Below are positions 8,954-19,456 of a stretch of DNA of 52,977 nucleotides, one piece after another. Within the stretch, counting starts at the first letter, position 1, and each line of letters opens with the position of its first letter. The stretch spans positions 1-52,977 of the forward strand of contig JBDRFD010000009.1 in NCBI GenBank assembly GCA_043819035.1, written 5' to 3'. Under the pieces are notes generated by a model. That model was given only the letters and a program-made list of their open reading frames with translations. It was not told the DNA's origin and did not search any database. Both the position numbers and the translations under genes were made by a program. This stretch comes from Patescibacteria group bacterium. Lineage in GTDB: Bacteria; Patescibacteriota; Gracilibacteria; Peribacterales; Peribacteraceae.

Positions 8954-9247
8954 ATGTCCAAAGCAGAAGCCCCACCAAAGAACACCGAAGAGAAACTTGA
9001 TGCCATTCTTGGACATCTCGCAGCAATGGATCGACGTGATCGGCTTCGCACTATCGGAGGATTTATTAAAAGCATTATTACCATTATTCCTGTAATCATC
9101 TTGGTTGCGAGTGTGTGGTATGCCTATAAGTACGGAGATCAATTACTCGAAAAAATCGCACAGCAGGCAGCCAAACAAGCAGCCATTGTCACCGAGCAGC
9201 AGGGTAGCGCTGTGATACAACAGTTTCAGGATTTGATTGGGAGATAA
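8954..9247 (+). CDS. small single-pass membrane protein
   Basis: The ATG at 8954 lies inside ORF 8918-9247. TM helix IITIIPVIILVASVWYAY, followed by an AAKQAA helix. Confidence 0.4.
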   Translation: MSKAEAPPKNTEEKLDAILGHLAAMDRRDRLRTIGGFIKSIITIIPVIILVASVWYAYKYGDQLLEKIAQQAAKQAAIVTEQQGSAVIQQFQDLIGR

Positions 9248-9286
9248 CTTGCATTTTTGGATACGGTGTGTAAAGTCTGCTTTCCT

Positions 9287-9907
9287 ATGGCAGATATTAA
9301 GAAATTCATTCTGGAATCACCTGCTCAAGCAGAAGCAATATTGGAAGTTGCTGGTGGACATGATCGAGTAGCACGTCGAGAAGGAGTAGAGAAAAAGGGC
9401 GTCACAATTGAGCCTGTATTGAGAAGTTTTAGTTCAAAAACTGAATATAGAAACCTCATTGTTTTTCAAAGAGCTTTACTACTCGTAGATGATGCGAGAG
9501 AAGAAATTACTCGAGTACTTCTTACAGAACGAGCTGGCCAAGAAACTCAAGGAGGCACACAGGTGAAGAGAATCACGAGTGGGCCTTCGGTCTTACTCAG
9601 TCACACACCAGACTGGAACCTCCAGCATATTATTGATTGGAAACTTGCACATGCTGGCATCAGGATTACACTTCCAGATCAGCCATCGGAATTCTTTGCT
9701 GTACGACAAACAGAAACTGCTGGCGCGTACGTATTTGGAGTAAATGCAGTGCGTGCAGACTTATTACGAGTTCTTAAGGGAAAATATCCTGATAAGAGAA
9801 TTTCTGTTGTTTTTACTGAAGACGCCATGGAAAGACTCCATGCTGAAAACAGAGAAATGGAGATAAACTTCTTGCAAGCAGCAATGCATGCCAACATTCA
9901 GGAATAG
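9287..9907 (+). CDS. hypothetical protein (~206 aa)
   Basis: ORF 9257-9907 (TTG). The first ATG is at 9287. No motif recognised. Confidence 0.45.
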   Translation: MADIKKFILESPAQAEAILEVAGGHDRVARREGVEKKGVTIEPVLRSFSSKTEYRNLIVFQRALLLVDDAREEITRVLLTERAGQETQGGTQVKRITSGPSVLLSHTPDWNLQHIIDWKLAHAGIRITLPDQPSEFFAVRQTETAGAYVFGVNAVRADLLRVLKGKYPDKRISVVFTEDAMERLHAENREMEINFLQAAMHANIQE

Positions 9908-10046
9908 TCTACGAATCATCCGCAGCAGCGGCGCGGATTCGCCTGTGGTGAGCAATGCCGAAACAGCTATCCGCGCGGATCGTGCAGGTAACCGAACCTG
10001 CACTGCGTGTTGTTCAGATATTCCTTACAAGCTACAAGCTAGAAAT

Positions 10047-11468
10047 TCATTCCCCTTTCACCAACCCCACCACTTCATCCGCACTCGCTGATGCGGAAAT
10101 GACGAAACTTGGGATTCTGAGTAATTGCTCGCGCATAAACGTGCGTTCCTGGCCGGTGCCGACACCGAGCAGATACCCTGCTTCTGCCACCTTGGCTGTG
10201 ATCCGAGTATTAACACCGCCAAGCGGATACGCGAGTGCAAACACTTCTTTTCCCGTGTACTCCTCCAAAAGCTTGCGGCTCTGCTTAAGCTCAAGTTCCA
10301 CCTGTGCATTCGTCAGTGACCGCAAGTCATCACCCGTATGGCCACCCGACTGCACATCATGACCATTGGCAATCAGAGTTAGCACCTTTTTCTGGGTGAT
10401 CCCATCAAGCCCCAGATGCTTGGTAGCAATGAAGATTGTTGCCTGCACATTACTGGCACGTAAAACATCTGAAACATCATCGATATTTCCCGGTGTCACA
10501 TCGGAAACCATGAGTGTTATTGAATTTGGTACCAAACGAACATCGCGATCCTCTTGTGTCAGGAGGAGATCCTTGAATTTTCTTAGCGGAATAAACGTCA
10601 GACCCGCCTCCTTTAAGCGACTGATATGCCCCGGCATTATACTCAGTACATCATCTTGACTCAGGCGATAATGCACCACCGGGAACGTGAATTCTTCCTG
10701 ACGAACCAGGAAGTTTGGCAAGAAGGGCGTGAGGTATTCCGCCGCCACATATCCTTCTTTTCCTTCAAATGGAATCCGTGCCCACACATCATCTTTGCTC
10801 AGCACTGTGACAAATGATTGGCCCGGAAGTTCGCCGATTTTTTCGCTGCGTGTATCCGCCGTCTTACGGACATTCAGAAACCCGAAGTCCACGAAGTAGA
10901 GATCCTTATATTTTTCTTTTGCCTCAGCCAACCGTGCTTCTGACGTAAGCTTGGCAATATAACGCTGTGCTACATACCCTTCACGCCCCCCGGAGAGCTC
11001 CACCTTCGCCCATGCAGCATCTTTGAATTCCAGAACAGTCAATACGGCACCTCGATTCAATCGTTCAATCGATTCGGCTGTAATACTCGGACCATCGCGC
11101 ACGTTTAAAAATTCGTTCGTCACAGCAAAGAGATTATCACCAGTAGCTGCAGGACCGGATCGAATCGCATTAAACGCAGAGATCATTGAAAGATCAATCA
11201 CCGGCACATCACCCATATCTTGTCCCTCAAGGTATAGCGGAGGCCCTCCTTCTTCGTCCAATGCGGCTATTCCATCCTCCGCCTGTTGTGAAAGCTCCTT
11301 AAAACGTGCGACATCATCTTCAGTGAATGTGAAGTCTTCCGCAGGACGTTCTTCCTTATTCTCAGAACATCCCACGAATAGAATGCCAAAGGAAGCGATG
11401 AGTAAAAACGCCACAAGTGGACGTGTGGAGCTCACAGAGGAGCGGCGGCGGCGAGTGTGTGGTGCCAT
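10047..11468 (-). CDS. lipoprotein with two SH3b-like domains and a C-terminal polysaccharide-deacetylase-like (NodB-type) domain
   Basis: Lipobox LFVGC. Two segments of the type LNVR.GPS....I..L..G..L.VL......WAKV. The C-terminus has NGHDVQSGGH and ALAYPLGG. The first NodB motif looks degenerate. Confidence 0.55.
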   Translation of the reverse strand: MAPHTRRRRSSVSSTRPLVAFLLIASFGILFVGCSENKEERPAEDFTFTEDDVARFKELSQQAEDGIAALDEEGGPPLYLEGQDMGDVPVIDLSMISAFNAIRSGPAATGDNLFAVTNEFLNVRDGPSITAESIERLNRGAVLTVLEFKDAAWAKVELSGGREGYVAQRYIAKLTSEARLAEAKEKYKDLYFVDFGFLNVRKTADTRSEKIGELPGQSFVTVLSKDDVWARIPFEGKEGYVAAEYLTPFLPNFLVRQEEFTFPVVHYRLSQDDVLSIMPGHISRLKEAGLTFIPLRKFKDLLLTQEDRDVRLVPNSITLMVSDVTPGNIDDVSDVLRASNVQATIFIATKHLGLDGITQKKVLTLIANGHDVQSGGHTGDDLRSLTNAQVELELKQSRKLLEEYTGKEVFALAYPLGGVNTRITAKVAEAGYLLGVGTGQERTFMREQLLRIPSFVISASASADEVVGLVKGE

Positions 11469-11574
11469 GGGAAAGAAAGGGAAGCTATTGTGCACATAAG
11501 CGCTTACACGCTTGATGCGGAGCGGGAGGAGAAAGTTGTTGGAGAATTGGAATTCATCATTGGAGAAAATGTAA

Positions 11575-13272
11575 TCACATGCGATCGGGAACGCGGATAG
11601 TCAAAATCTCCGCACCCGACTTAAGGACAGACGCAGTGAGAGATGTCAGACAAAGACGAAGAGTACGAGCCGGCTCCTCTGATTTGAGAATGGGCTCTGC
11701 ATTGTAGAACGCGTTGTATTCCTGACAGAGGGCGAAGAGATAATTTGTGAGAATGTGTGGCATGCGAGATTCACGAGCTTCTGCCAAAACCTTTTCGAAC
11801 TGCAATAGCACATTCACCAAACTTCGTTCTTTGTCTGTGAGATTTTCGACCTCATCAGGAACCTCCACTTCCTCTTTGTCCGCTTTTCTAAGAACAGACT
11901 TCGCACGCGCGTGCGTGTACTGCAGGTATGGCGCCGAGTTTCCGTCAAAACTTAAAAACTTGTCCCAATCGAAGACAATGTCCATTTTTCGATTCTGGCT
12001 CAATACTCCATATGTCAGTGCCCCGATACCCATCATTTCCGCCAAATCCTCCCGATCATCTGTCTGAATGTCATCCCCATGTTCCTCTATCACACTGTCT
12101 GCACGTTTAACCGCTTCATCGAGAACGTCTTCGAGCTTCAAAACCGTTCCAGAACGCGTACTCATTTTCTTGTCACGGAAACTCATACGGCCAAACACCG
12201 TATGCTCAAGCTCAGGAAGTTCCCACTCAAGTTGCCGGCATACTTCGAATAGCTGCTCGAAATGCAGGCTCTGTGCACGATCGACAACATAGTAGATCGC
12301 TTGCGGATGGTACTTATCTATCCGATAACGGATCATCGCCAGATCGCGTGTGGAGTAGAGCGTGGACCTGTCGCTTTTACGCACCAAATACGGAGGCAGG
12401 TTCAGCTCTTGGGGAAACTCAACAATGAGCGCACCCTCTTCACCTTCAATAAATACTCCCTTCTCCAGACCTTCTTCGATAATCGGTTGCATTTTGTCCT
12501 CATAAAAGCTCTCCCCTGTTTCTTCATCGAGTTCTATATGCAACCTCTCGTAGAGCCGCGTGAGATGCTCTCTGCTGACACCGACAACATCTTCCCAGAA
12601 TTTGCGCATTTCTTTATCTCCTTCCTCAAGCCTGCGAAATGCATCCCGCGCTTCATCCTCCAACGAAGGATCGTTCTGAGATTCTGCGTGAAACTTAACA
12701 TATAACGTGAGTAGTTCATCGATGGAACAATTTCCTGCCTGTTTGCCCTCTCCCCACCTGGAGAATGCAACCGCGAGCTTTCCAAATTGCGTCCCCCAAT
12801 CACCGGGATAACTCCACCCGATCACATTATCTCCATTGTGCTTATATATATTGATGAGTGCCTGACCTATGACATGCGGAAGAATGTGGTGAATACCAAG
12901 GGGCTTGGCGATATTCGGTCCACAATAATCGAGAATGACCGGCGGCTCCTTCCTCTTCACTTTCGCAGTACAAGCTTCGCGTGTGTTGTTGAGCTGCTTT
13001 ATCAAGTATTCAGGCGAGAGCCACACATTGACGTACCCCGCACCCGCTACTTCTGCGTTTTCGATGCCTTTTTCCTTTCTTAATTCCTCCGCAAGAACCT
13101 TGGCAATCTCCAAAGGATTTTTTTTGAGATCCTTGGCGCATTGAAGAGCAACTGCCGTTGATAGGTCACCATGTCCTTTTGCTCCGGCATGCTTCCACTC
13201 AACATTGACCGATGGTGCATCAAAATGCTTCTTGAGGATACTCTGGGCCATCGTTGTAAGTGCATCATACAT
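11575..13272 (-). CDS. argS: arginine--tRNA ligase
   Basis: Class I HIGH-like GIHHILPH, an MSTRSG (KMSKS-like) motif, a DALR-type anticodon-binding C-terminus ending in ..RM. 565 aa. Confidence 0.9.
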   Translation of the reverse strand: MYDALTTMAQSILKKHFDAPSVNVEWKHAGAKGHGDLSTAVALQCAKDLKKNPLEIAKVLAEELRKEKGIENAEVAGAGYVNVWLSPEYLIKQLNNTREACTAKVKRKEPPVILDYCGPNIAKPLGIHHILPHVIGQALINIYKHNGDNVIGWSYPGDWGTQFGKLAVAFSRWGEGKQAGNCSIDELLTLYVKFHAESQNDPSLEDEARDAFRRLEEGDKEMRKFWEDVVGVSREHLTRLYERLHIELDEETGESFYEDKMQPIIEEGLEKGVFIEGEEGALIVEFPQELNLPPYLVRKSDRSTLYSTRDLAMIRYRIDKYHPQAIYYVVDRAQSLHFEQLFEVCRQLEWELPELEHTVFGRMSFRDKKMSTRSGTVLKLEDVLDEAVKRADSVIEEHGDDIQTDDREDLAEMMGIGALTYGVLSQNRKMDIVFDWDKFLSFDGNSAPYLQYTHARAKSVLRKADKEEVEVPDEVENLTDKERSLVNVLLQFEKVLAEARESRMPHILTNYLFALCQEYNAFYNAEPILKSEEPARTLRLCLTSLTASVLKSGAEILTIRVPDRM

Positions 13273-13479
13273 TGAACAAATCTGCTACTCAGAGATTAAG
13301 GGAAATGTACCACTAAAAAGTACCCTTTCCACCTGAAAACAAAATTTGATCTTGCTCAAATATTATCCTCATGTTTTGAACACAAATTGTATGCATACAT
13401 TCTATCGGGGGAATGCGGGCAAAAAAGTTGATCAGAGAAGTCGCAAAGTTTGCTCTATATTGCGAAAAAACGCCAGAAA

Positions 13480-14286
13480 ATGTACAATAAGGGGGTGAAA
13501 TACAGACACTTTCTATTCTGCATAGTCTTCACCCTGGGTCTTCCACTCATTAGTTGTCATAAAAATGGTGAAACACCCGCCTCTTCCGTTTTGAAAGTAA
13601 GCGGAGCTAAGAGTTCTGTCTTTGCAACACTGCTCACGGCCAAACCAACTTCTGTTTCTCAGACAAGGCCGGGGGCATCTCTTGGAATGTATGTGAGTAT
13701 CTACCTGACACAAAGAATGATGATGGGAACCGCAAGCGCTCTGGAAGGTATTGATACGCAAATCCACCTTGCCCGTGCAGATTCGATCATTGAAGATGAA
13801 ACATTCACTCTCCTGCAGGAGTACGGAACCGTCCTTCAGGTAAATATAATCGATACGCTCAATCGATCCGTAGATCGTGAGAAGACGCTCGATAAGTACA
13901 CACTCTCACTGACACAAATGAATACTCGTATTGTACAAAAGCAGACCGAGCTTAAGCAGAAACTAGATGATATTGGGGAGAAGAGAAAGGTCGAACGGAA
14001 AGAAGTACGTGATATGGAGCGGATGATCAAGGATGCTCTTCGTGAAAAGGATTATGTCGCCGCAGGTCCTATACAGAAGGGACTTGCTTTGAAGGAAGCG
14101 AAGCTGGCCGGAACCGAATCCCTGGAGAAACAGACAGATAAAGTACTAGATATTGTCAAGGATCTGCTCGAAGTGGGAGAAGAGCGTCTACAGGCCATCA
14201 TTAAGAATCGTGAAATTTTGATCGCAGGACTGCAGGTGATTGATGTTCCCGGGATTGAGGAGCTGGGCATTGTGATTGAGGAATAA
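13480..14286 (+). CDS. coiled-coil lipoprotein, unknown function (adjacent to VirB4-like gene)
   Basis: ATG at 13480. Signal plus lipobox LPLISC. The C-terminal half is rich in heptad-like charged helices. Confidence 0.5.
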   Translation: MYNKGVKYRHFLFCIVFTLGLPLISCHKNGETPASSVLKVSGAKSSVFATLLTAKPTSVSQTRPGASLGMYVSIYLTQRMMMGTASALEGIDTQIHLARADSIIEDETFTLLQEYGTVLQVNIIDTLNRSVDREKTLDKYTLSLTQMNTRIVQKQTELKQKLDDIGEKRKVERKEVRDMERMIKDALREKDYVAAGPIQKGLALKEAKLAGTESLEKQTDKVLDIVKDLLEVGEERLQAIIKNREILIAGLQVIDVPGIEELGIVIEE

Positions 14287-14291
14287 AGCAT

Positions 14292-14373
14292 ATGGCTAAA
14301 TGGTTGGATGGCTGGATGGTCCTAAACTTGCCATTCGCTTGCGAACCATCCAGCCATTTAGCCATTTAGCCAT
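14292..14373. terminator. long hairpin built from 8-nt words (ATGGCTAA ATGGTTGG ATGGCTGG / complement)
   Basis: The left arm (14292-14320) is complementary to the right arm (14345-14373) with a few mismatches. Loop is CCTAAACTTGCCATTCGCTTGCGA. It lies between two + strand genes. Confidence 0.6.
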
Positions 14374-14467
14374 TATTATTATTACTAAACAGTACTAACA
14401 ATAATGCAACTTCGCTCAATAGAAGAATTTGCACTTTTCCGCTATAATAAAAGGATTTATTGAACCT

Positions 14468-16780
14468 ATGGCTCAAAAAAGCGCCAATACTCTGCCGGCA
14501 CAACAGATTAGGCTCAGCCGTGTGCTCGTTGCCGCGATTGATGACCTTCTTGGGCTGCAACGCAGGGTTGAAAATACGCTGAAGGCGGCAAAACTTGCGA
14601 AGAGGCAAAAATTGACCACTGAGGATCAGGAGGAACTGAAACGTTACGAAGAAGGACTGCAGAAAACGCTCGATATTATTGCGCCTGCGGGAATGGAGAT
14701 TAAACCGGATGAATTCATTCTCAACGATCTGCATGGTCGAGTCCTCTATGCACTGAACTGGCCGCATTACATCTATCCAAACTGGCTCTCGGAGGAAATC
14801 AACTTCGATGCACACATGAATATCAGTCAGTTTATCTATCCTGCAGACAATAAGACGATAATGCGGATGCTCAGGAAAAAGGTGACGCAAATGCGTTCAT
14901 CTATTCACATGCTGGAACAACGAGGTATTGTTCGTGATCCATCGCTGGAAGCGGCACTGCAAGATGCGGAGGAGCTCAGAGACCTTCTCACACGTGGACG
15001 TGAAAAGCTCTTCCAAATCGGACTCTATGTGACGATTTACTCAGATGATCAGGAGAAGCTCAAGAAACTCCAGACAGATATTGAATCGCTTCTCGGCGGA
15101 AAGCTGGTCATTACCAAACCTGCTTTTATGCAAATGGAACATGGCTGGATTTCCACACTCCCATTCGGTATCGATGAACTGGAAGTAAACCGCAATATGA
15201 ATACATCGCCTGCAGCTGCATGCTTCCCTTTCTCCAGCTCCGACCTAACCGACGATCACGGTATCCTTTACGGTATTAACCGGCACAACGACAGTCTCGT
15301 GATCTTTGACCGCTTCGATCTGCCAAATGCAAATGCAACTGTGTTCGCTACATCCGGAGCAGGTAAATCCTTCGCGGTGAAGCTAGAAATCCTACGATCG
15401 TTAATGTTTGACACCGATATGTACGTAATAGACCCGGAAAATGAGTACCGCGAGCTGTGTGAAACGGTGGATGGAACATACATTCCGATTTCTTTGGAGA
15501 GTTCCAACCGTATTAATCCGTTCGACCTTCCTAAAGCAGTCCGAGGAGAGGAAGCATCCGTTGGTGAAACACTCCGCGCATCGGTCATCAACCTGCACGG
15601 ACTCTTTAAGCTGATGCTGGGAACACTTACTCCTTCTGAAGACGGTATTCTTGATAAGGCAATCTTAGACACGTATGCGCTGAAAGGTATTTCACTCACA
15701 ACAGATAATCATGCTGAAAAAGAAGTTCCGACTCTATCGGACCTTGTCGATGTTCTACTTACAACGGATGGAGGTGAAAACATGGCGAAGACACTTTCGA
15801 AGTACACAGAAGGAAGTTACGCAGGACTCTTCGATAAACCGACAAATGTGCAGATTGAAAACCAGATGGTTGTCTTCCAGATTCGTGATTTGGAAGATCA
15901 ACTCCGACCCATCGCGATGTATGTGGTTATCAACCTAATTTGGAACCGCATCAGAGCAGACTTCAAGAAGCGCATGCTCGTGATCGATGAAGCATGGAGT
16001 CTGATTCAGCATGAAGACTCTGCGCGATTCCTCTATGGCTTGATCAAACGTGCGCGTAAGTACTACCTTGGTGTCACGACTATTACTCAAGATGTGGAAG
16101 ACTTCGTGAATTCTCCGTATGGAAAACCGATTATCACAAATGCATCGCTCCAGATTCTTTTCAAGCAATCCCCTAGCGCGATCGATAATCTCCAGAAGAT
16201 CTTCTATCTTACGGAGGGTGAAAAGTATCTGTTACTGGGATCCGAAGTGGGTCAAGGGCTTTTCTTCGCCGGAAACAGGCACGTGGCAATTCAAATCATC
16301 GCGAGTCCGCAGGAGGCCCGGATCATAACCACAAATCCCGAAGATATCTTGGCAAAGAAGGAATCCAAGAGACTTGCTGCAATAACTGATGAAAAGAACA
16401 AGGGTGGATCTTCCGATCGCACGCCCGCTCCACCAAAGAAAGAAACCGCACAAAGTACAGGCGATGCAGAAGCAAAAACGGAAAATAAACATGAACCACA
16501 ACCGGAACAGAATGAGCAACATCAAGAATCTGAAACCAAAGAAGCATCAATCGAAGATAAAGTGCTCCCGCTTCAAGATTCACTCAAGGAACATGAGCCC
16601 ATCAAGGAACTTCCGGTGGAAGAAACGGAAAAGACACAGAAGAAAACTAAAAAAGAAGGTATCCGAAAGCTCAATAAAAATATCACGCTAAAACAAGCAA
16701 CTGCACCACCTCCCGGGAGGAAAAAGAAAGAAGAAGAACTATTGGAGGCTGAAGAAGAGAAAAGTGAAGACGAAGAGTAA
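14468..16780 (+). CDS. VirB4/TrbE-type type IV secretion ATPase (Gram-positive conjugation-like architecture) with long Lys/Glu-rich tail
   Basis: IAPAG..I-type N-domain, FPF motif, Walker A FATSGAGKSF, Walker B MLVIDEAWSL. The last ~140 aa are low-complexity K/E/Q-rich. Confidence 0.8.
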   Translation: MAQKSANTLPAQQIRLSRVLVAAIDDLLGLQRRVENTLKAAKLAKRQKLTTEDQEELKRYEEGLQKTLDIIAPAGMEIKPDEFILNDLHGRVLYALNWPHYIYPNWLSEEINFDAHMNISQFIYPADNKTIMRMLRKKVTQMRSSIHMLEQRGIVRDPSLEAALQDAEELRDLLTRGREKLFQIGLYVTIYSDDQEKLKKLQTDIESLLGGKLVITKPAFMQMEHGWISTLPFGIDELEVNRNMNTSPAAACFPFSSSDLTDDHGILYGINRHNDSLVIFDRFDLPNANATVFATSGAGKSFAVKLEILRSLMFDTDMYVIDPENEYRELCETVDGTYIPISLESSNRINPFDLPKAVRGEEASVGETLRASVINLHGLFKLMLGTLTPSEDGILDKAILDTYALKGISLTTDNHAEKEVPTLSDLVDVLLTTDGGENMAKTLSKYTEGSYAGLFDKPTNVQIENQMVVFQIRDLEDQLRPIAMYVVINLIWNRIRADFKKRMLVIDEAWSLIQHEDSARFLYGLIKRARKYYLGVTTITQDVEDFVNSPYGKPIITNASLQILFKQSPSAIDNLQKIFYLTEGEKYLLLGSEVGQGLFFAGNRHVAIQIIASPQEARIITTNPEDILAKKESKRLAAITDEKNKGGSSDRTPAPPKKETAQSTGDAEAKTENKHEPQPEQNEQHQESETKEASIEDKVLPLQDSLKEHEPIKELPVEETEKTQKKTKKEGIRKLNKNITLKQATAPPPGRKKKEEELLEAEEEKSEDEE

Positions 16781-16782
16781 TT

Positions 16783-16836
16783 CAGAATTGAAAATGCAGA
16801 ATTAAGAATTAATTCTGAATTCTTAATTCTTAATTC
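16783..16836. terminator. heptamer-word hairpin (AGAATTA/AGAATTG vs AATTCTT)
   Basis: Complementary 7-nt word arms between the convergent VirB4-like (+) and DHH (-) gene ends. Confidence 0.6.
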
Positions 16837-17848
16837 ACGCAAGTACTTGCTCCACGGCACTCACATCGACATCACCATCAGCGGGTTCCACCACCTTCCA
16901 CCGCACCTCAGATTTAAGCGATCCGGGAAGAGAAAACCCTGCTGCTTTCTTGTGCCCTCCACCGCTGAATTTCCCCGCCATTGCAGCGACATCCACATCA
17001 TCACGAAGCGTGCGCAATGATCCTTTCACCATCCCCTCACGTTCAGACAGAATCAGAGAAAAACGCATGCCTGGTACGGCGTTGACATAATCGATTGCGC
17101 CGGTTAGTTGTGAAGTCTTCGCACCGGATGCTTTGAAATCGCTCTCCCTCACCGCAGAAATCGCACAACCCTCTTCCGTCAGGGTAATATTTTCCAGAAC
17201 TCTCCCCCATAATCTCAACGTGCTTAAGGATGCCGTGCGAAATACCGCCTTCACAATCTCCTGCTGACGCGCACCTGCCCTAAGCAAACGTGCAACGGTC
17301 CGATACACCCCTGCTGTGGTGTTGCTATGCAGCAAACCACCGGTGTCGGTGAACACACCGGTGAGCAAACACGTCGCGATATCGCTGTTCATTTCCCACC
17401 CAAGAAAATCGGCCAGTGCTACTACAATTTCACAACTGGAAGCCGCATCGGAATCAACGAGATTCACATTCGCATACTTAGTATTCGTCGGGTGATGATC
17501 AATATTGATTGTAAAAAATGACCCGTCGAATAGTTGCGGACACAAACTATCCAGACCAGTGAGTTTTGGTTCCGCAGCATCAAGGAATATGACCGTATCC
17601 CCTTCTATAAAGCTGCACTCTTCTTGCACTTTGAGCACATTTGGCAAAAACCTGAAGGTTTCCGGCACAGAATCAAGACAATGCAGTACTACAGGCACAT
17701 CCTTCAACGTTTTATCCAATAAAAGTCCCACCCCCAAAAGCGCCCCAATTGCATCACCATCGGGATTGCGATGGCATGCGCAGACCACACGCTTGGCTTG
17801 ATTCATATGCGCGAATGCCAGGTCAGCTTCCTGCTTTGTTATAGACAT
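16835..17848 (-). CDS. nrnA: DHH/DHHA1-family phosphoesterase (NrnA-like oligoribonuclease/pAp phosphatase)
   Basis: CHRNPDGDAIGA, DHH motif (NIDHHPTN), and DHHA1 motif GGGHKKAAG. Confidence 0.7.
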   Translation of the reverse strand: MSITKQEADLAFAHMNQAKRVVCACHRNPDGDAIGALLGVGLLLDKTLKDVPVVLHCLDSVPETFRFLPNVLKVQEECSFIEGDTVIFLDAAEPKLTGLDSLCPQLFDGSFFTINIDHHPTNTKYANVNLVDSDAASSCEIVVALADFLGWEMNSDIATCLLTGVFTDTGGLLHSNTTAGVYRTVARLLRAGARQQEIVKAVFRTASLSTLRLWGRVLENITLTEEGCAISAVRESDFKASGAKTSQLTGAIDYVNAVPGMRFSLILSEREGMVKGSLRTLRDDVDVAAMAGKFSGGGHKKAAGFSLPGSLKSEVRWKVVEPADGDVDVSAVEQVLA

Positions 17849-18159
17849 AGTGCACAGTGATTTCCTATAAAGGGACTGAGTCTACGGTTATTATCCTTCC
17901 CCCATCAACTCCAAAGAGATTGCGTGAAAGAAGTAGGTATCCTCTGGTAGTGAAGTGAATATTTCTCGTAACATTGCATAGTTTTATCACAACCTTCGAA
18001 TATCCTTATGTGAGAGAAACAATCTATCTTCCGGAAATGAAATTAAGTTTTTGCATAGGTCTCAACAAGTTCCACTTGCAGATTTATCAGCATTATCATT
18101 CTATCAATAATCAAGTTCTCCCGCCGTGCACACTCGCAAGACAGTGTACACTACTGCAC

Positions 18160-19041
18160 ATGCCCACTACGAAAAGTATCATCTTCTGCGACACACCGAA
18201 GTTTGCGGTCCCATCACTTGAAGCGCTCATTGCAGACTCTGCATTCTCAGTTGACCTCGTAATCACTCAGCCGGATAAGCCTGTCGGTCGCAAGCAAGAA
18301 CTAACATCCCCACCCGTAAAAAAATGCGCGCAATCACATGGAATTTTTGTGGCACAACCTGATAATCTCAACTCCGATTTATCCGCTCTAGAAAGCCATA
18401 ATCCTGACTTTCTAGTTACGGTTGCTTACGGTCAAATTCTAAAAGAACCAATCCTGGATCTTCCAAACATTGCGAGCGTGAATATCCATCCATCCCTCCT
18501 CCCCCACTGGCGGGGTGCCTCACCCATTCAGCATGCGATACTTGCCGGTGATCATGAGACAGGTGTAACTCTTCAAGAGATGACCGACGAACTTGATGCC
18601 GGTCCGATTCTCGCACAAGTAACAACTGTGATCGAAGAACGAGAGACTGCAACATCCCTCCACGATCGCTTAAGCACGCTCAGTGCTCAACTCCTTATAG
18701 ACACTCTGAAGAAACCTCTTGATCCAAAACCTCAAGATGAATCGCAGGTCACGTTTTGCCAGAAGCTCACGCGTAAAGATGGCGAAGTTGATCTATATGC
18801 GATGACTGCTGAAGAAATTGATCGGCACGTTCGTGCGCTTGTTCCTTGGCCCGGGGTTCGAGGATTTTTTAATGGAACTGAACTCAAACTCATTGAGACA
18901 TCACTGAAGGAAACTGCTGACTCTATTTCTGTCCACTGTGCAGGAGGTTCGATACTTCATCTTGTCCGGCTCCAACCACCCGGAAAAAAACTGATGATGG
19001 GGAGGGAATGGAAACGAGGAATGCATAGAAAGGAAACCTAA
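18160..19041 (+). CDS. fmt: methionyl-tRNA formyltransferase
   Basis: ATG at 18160 within ORF 17974-19041. IIFCDTPKFAVPSLEAL, ITQPDKPVGRK, NIHPSLLPHWRGASPIQHAIL.GD.ETGVT. Confidence 0.9.
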   Translation: MPTTKSIIFCDTPKFAVPSLEALIADSAFSVDLVITQPDKPVGRKQELTSPPVKKCAQSHGIFVAQPDNLNSDLSALESHNPDFLVTVAYGQILKEPILDLPNIASVNIHPSLLPHWRGASPIQHAILAGDHETGVTLQEMTDELDAGPILAQVTTVIEERETATSLHDRLSTLSAQLLIDTLKKPLDPKPQDESQVTFCQKLTRKDGEVDLYAMTAEEIDRHVRALVPWPGVRGFFNGTELKLIETSLKETADSISVHCAGGSILHLVRLQPPGKKLMMGREWKRGMHRKET

Positions 19042-19151
19042 GAATCCGAAGAAACCAAGGAATCCGAAGGGATGTAAAACAACTCCTTCGTTTTCTTTGG
19101 TTTCTTTGGTTTCCCTTCGGCCTGAGGCTCAGGGCCGAATGGCCTCGGATT
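19042..19151. terminator. hairpin built from 9-nt words (GAATCCGAA GAAACCAAG ... / TTCTTTGGTTTC)
   Basis: Complementary arms plus an outer stem GAATCCGAAG / CCTCGGATTC. It lies between convergent fmt (+) and the PUR-like gene (-). Confidence 0.6.
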
Positions 19152-19153
19152 CT

Positions 19154-19456
19154 TTATAGATGATTTTTCATCTCCTGGAATGCTTCGATGAACTTATCCA
19201 AATCCTCCGCATCGAACATGATGGTCGTCTTCTGGCCACCACGGGACTTCTCGGAAACTTTGAAGAACTTGCCGTTCGCAGACTTTTTGAGATCGATGTA
19301 AAACGTGCGTTGTGCTGCGTGAATGGTTACCGAGTGTATCTCGTCGGCAAATTTACGATTGCCACCTTGAGCACCTGCAGGTGCCGAAGAAGCCGGAGTA
19401 CCCTCATCTTCCGAGATACCACCGTCACCGGCAAGATCAGACATAGGATCAAACAT
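19154..19456 (-). CDS. PUR-alpha-like ssDNA/RNA-binding protein
   Basis: FYIDLKKSANGKFFKVSEKSRGGQKTTIMFDAEDLDKFIEAF matches the PUR repeat pattern. The start is ambiguous (ATG at 19456 or 19444, TTG at 19486). Confidence 0.5.
   Translation of the reverse strand: MFDPMSDLAGDGGISEDEGTPASSAPAGAQGGNRKFADEIHSVTIHAAQRTFYIDLKKSANGKFFKVSEKSRGGQKTTIMFDAEDLDKFIEAFQEMKNHL

Noticed and set aside
8497-9095. 103-aa and 138-aa ORFs across the nested hairpin element
   Set aside because: Their sequences are dominated by translation of the C-rich and G-rich repeat arms. They are mutually overlapping and overlap the better small membrane gene.
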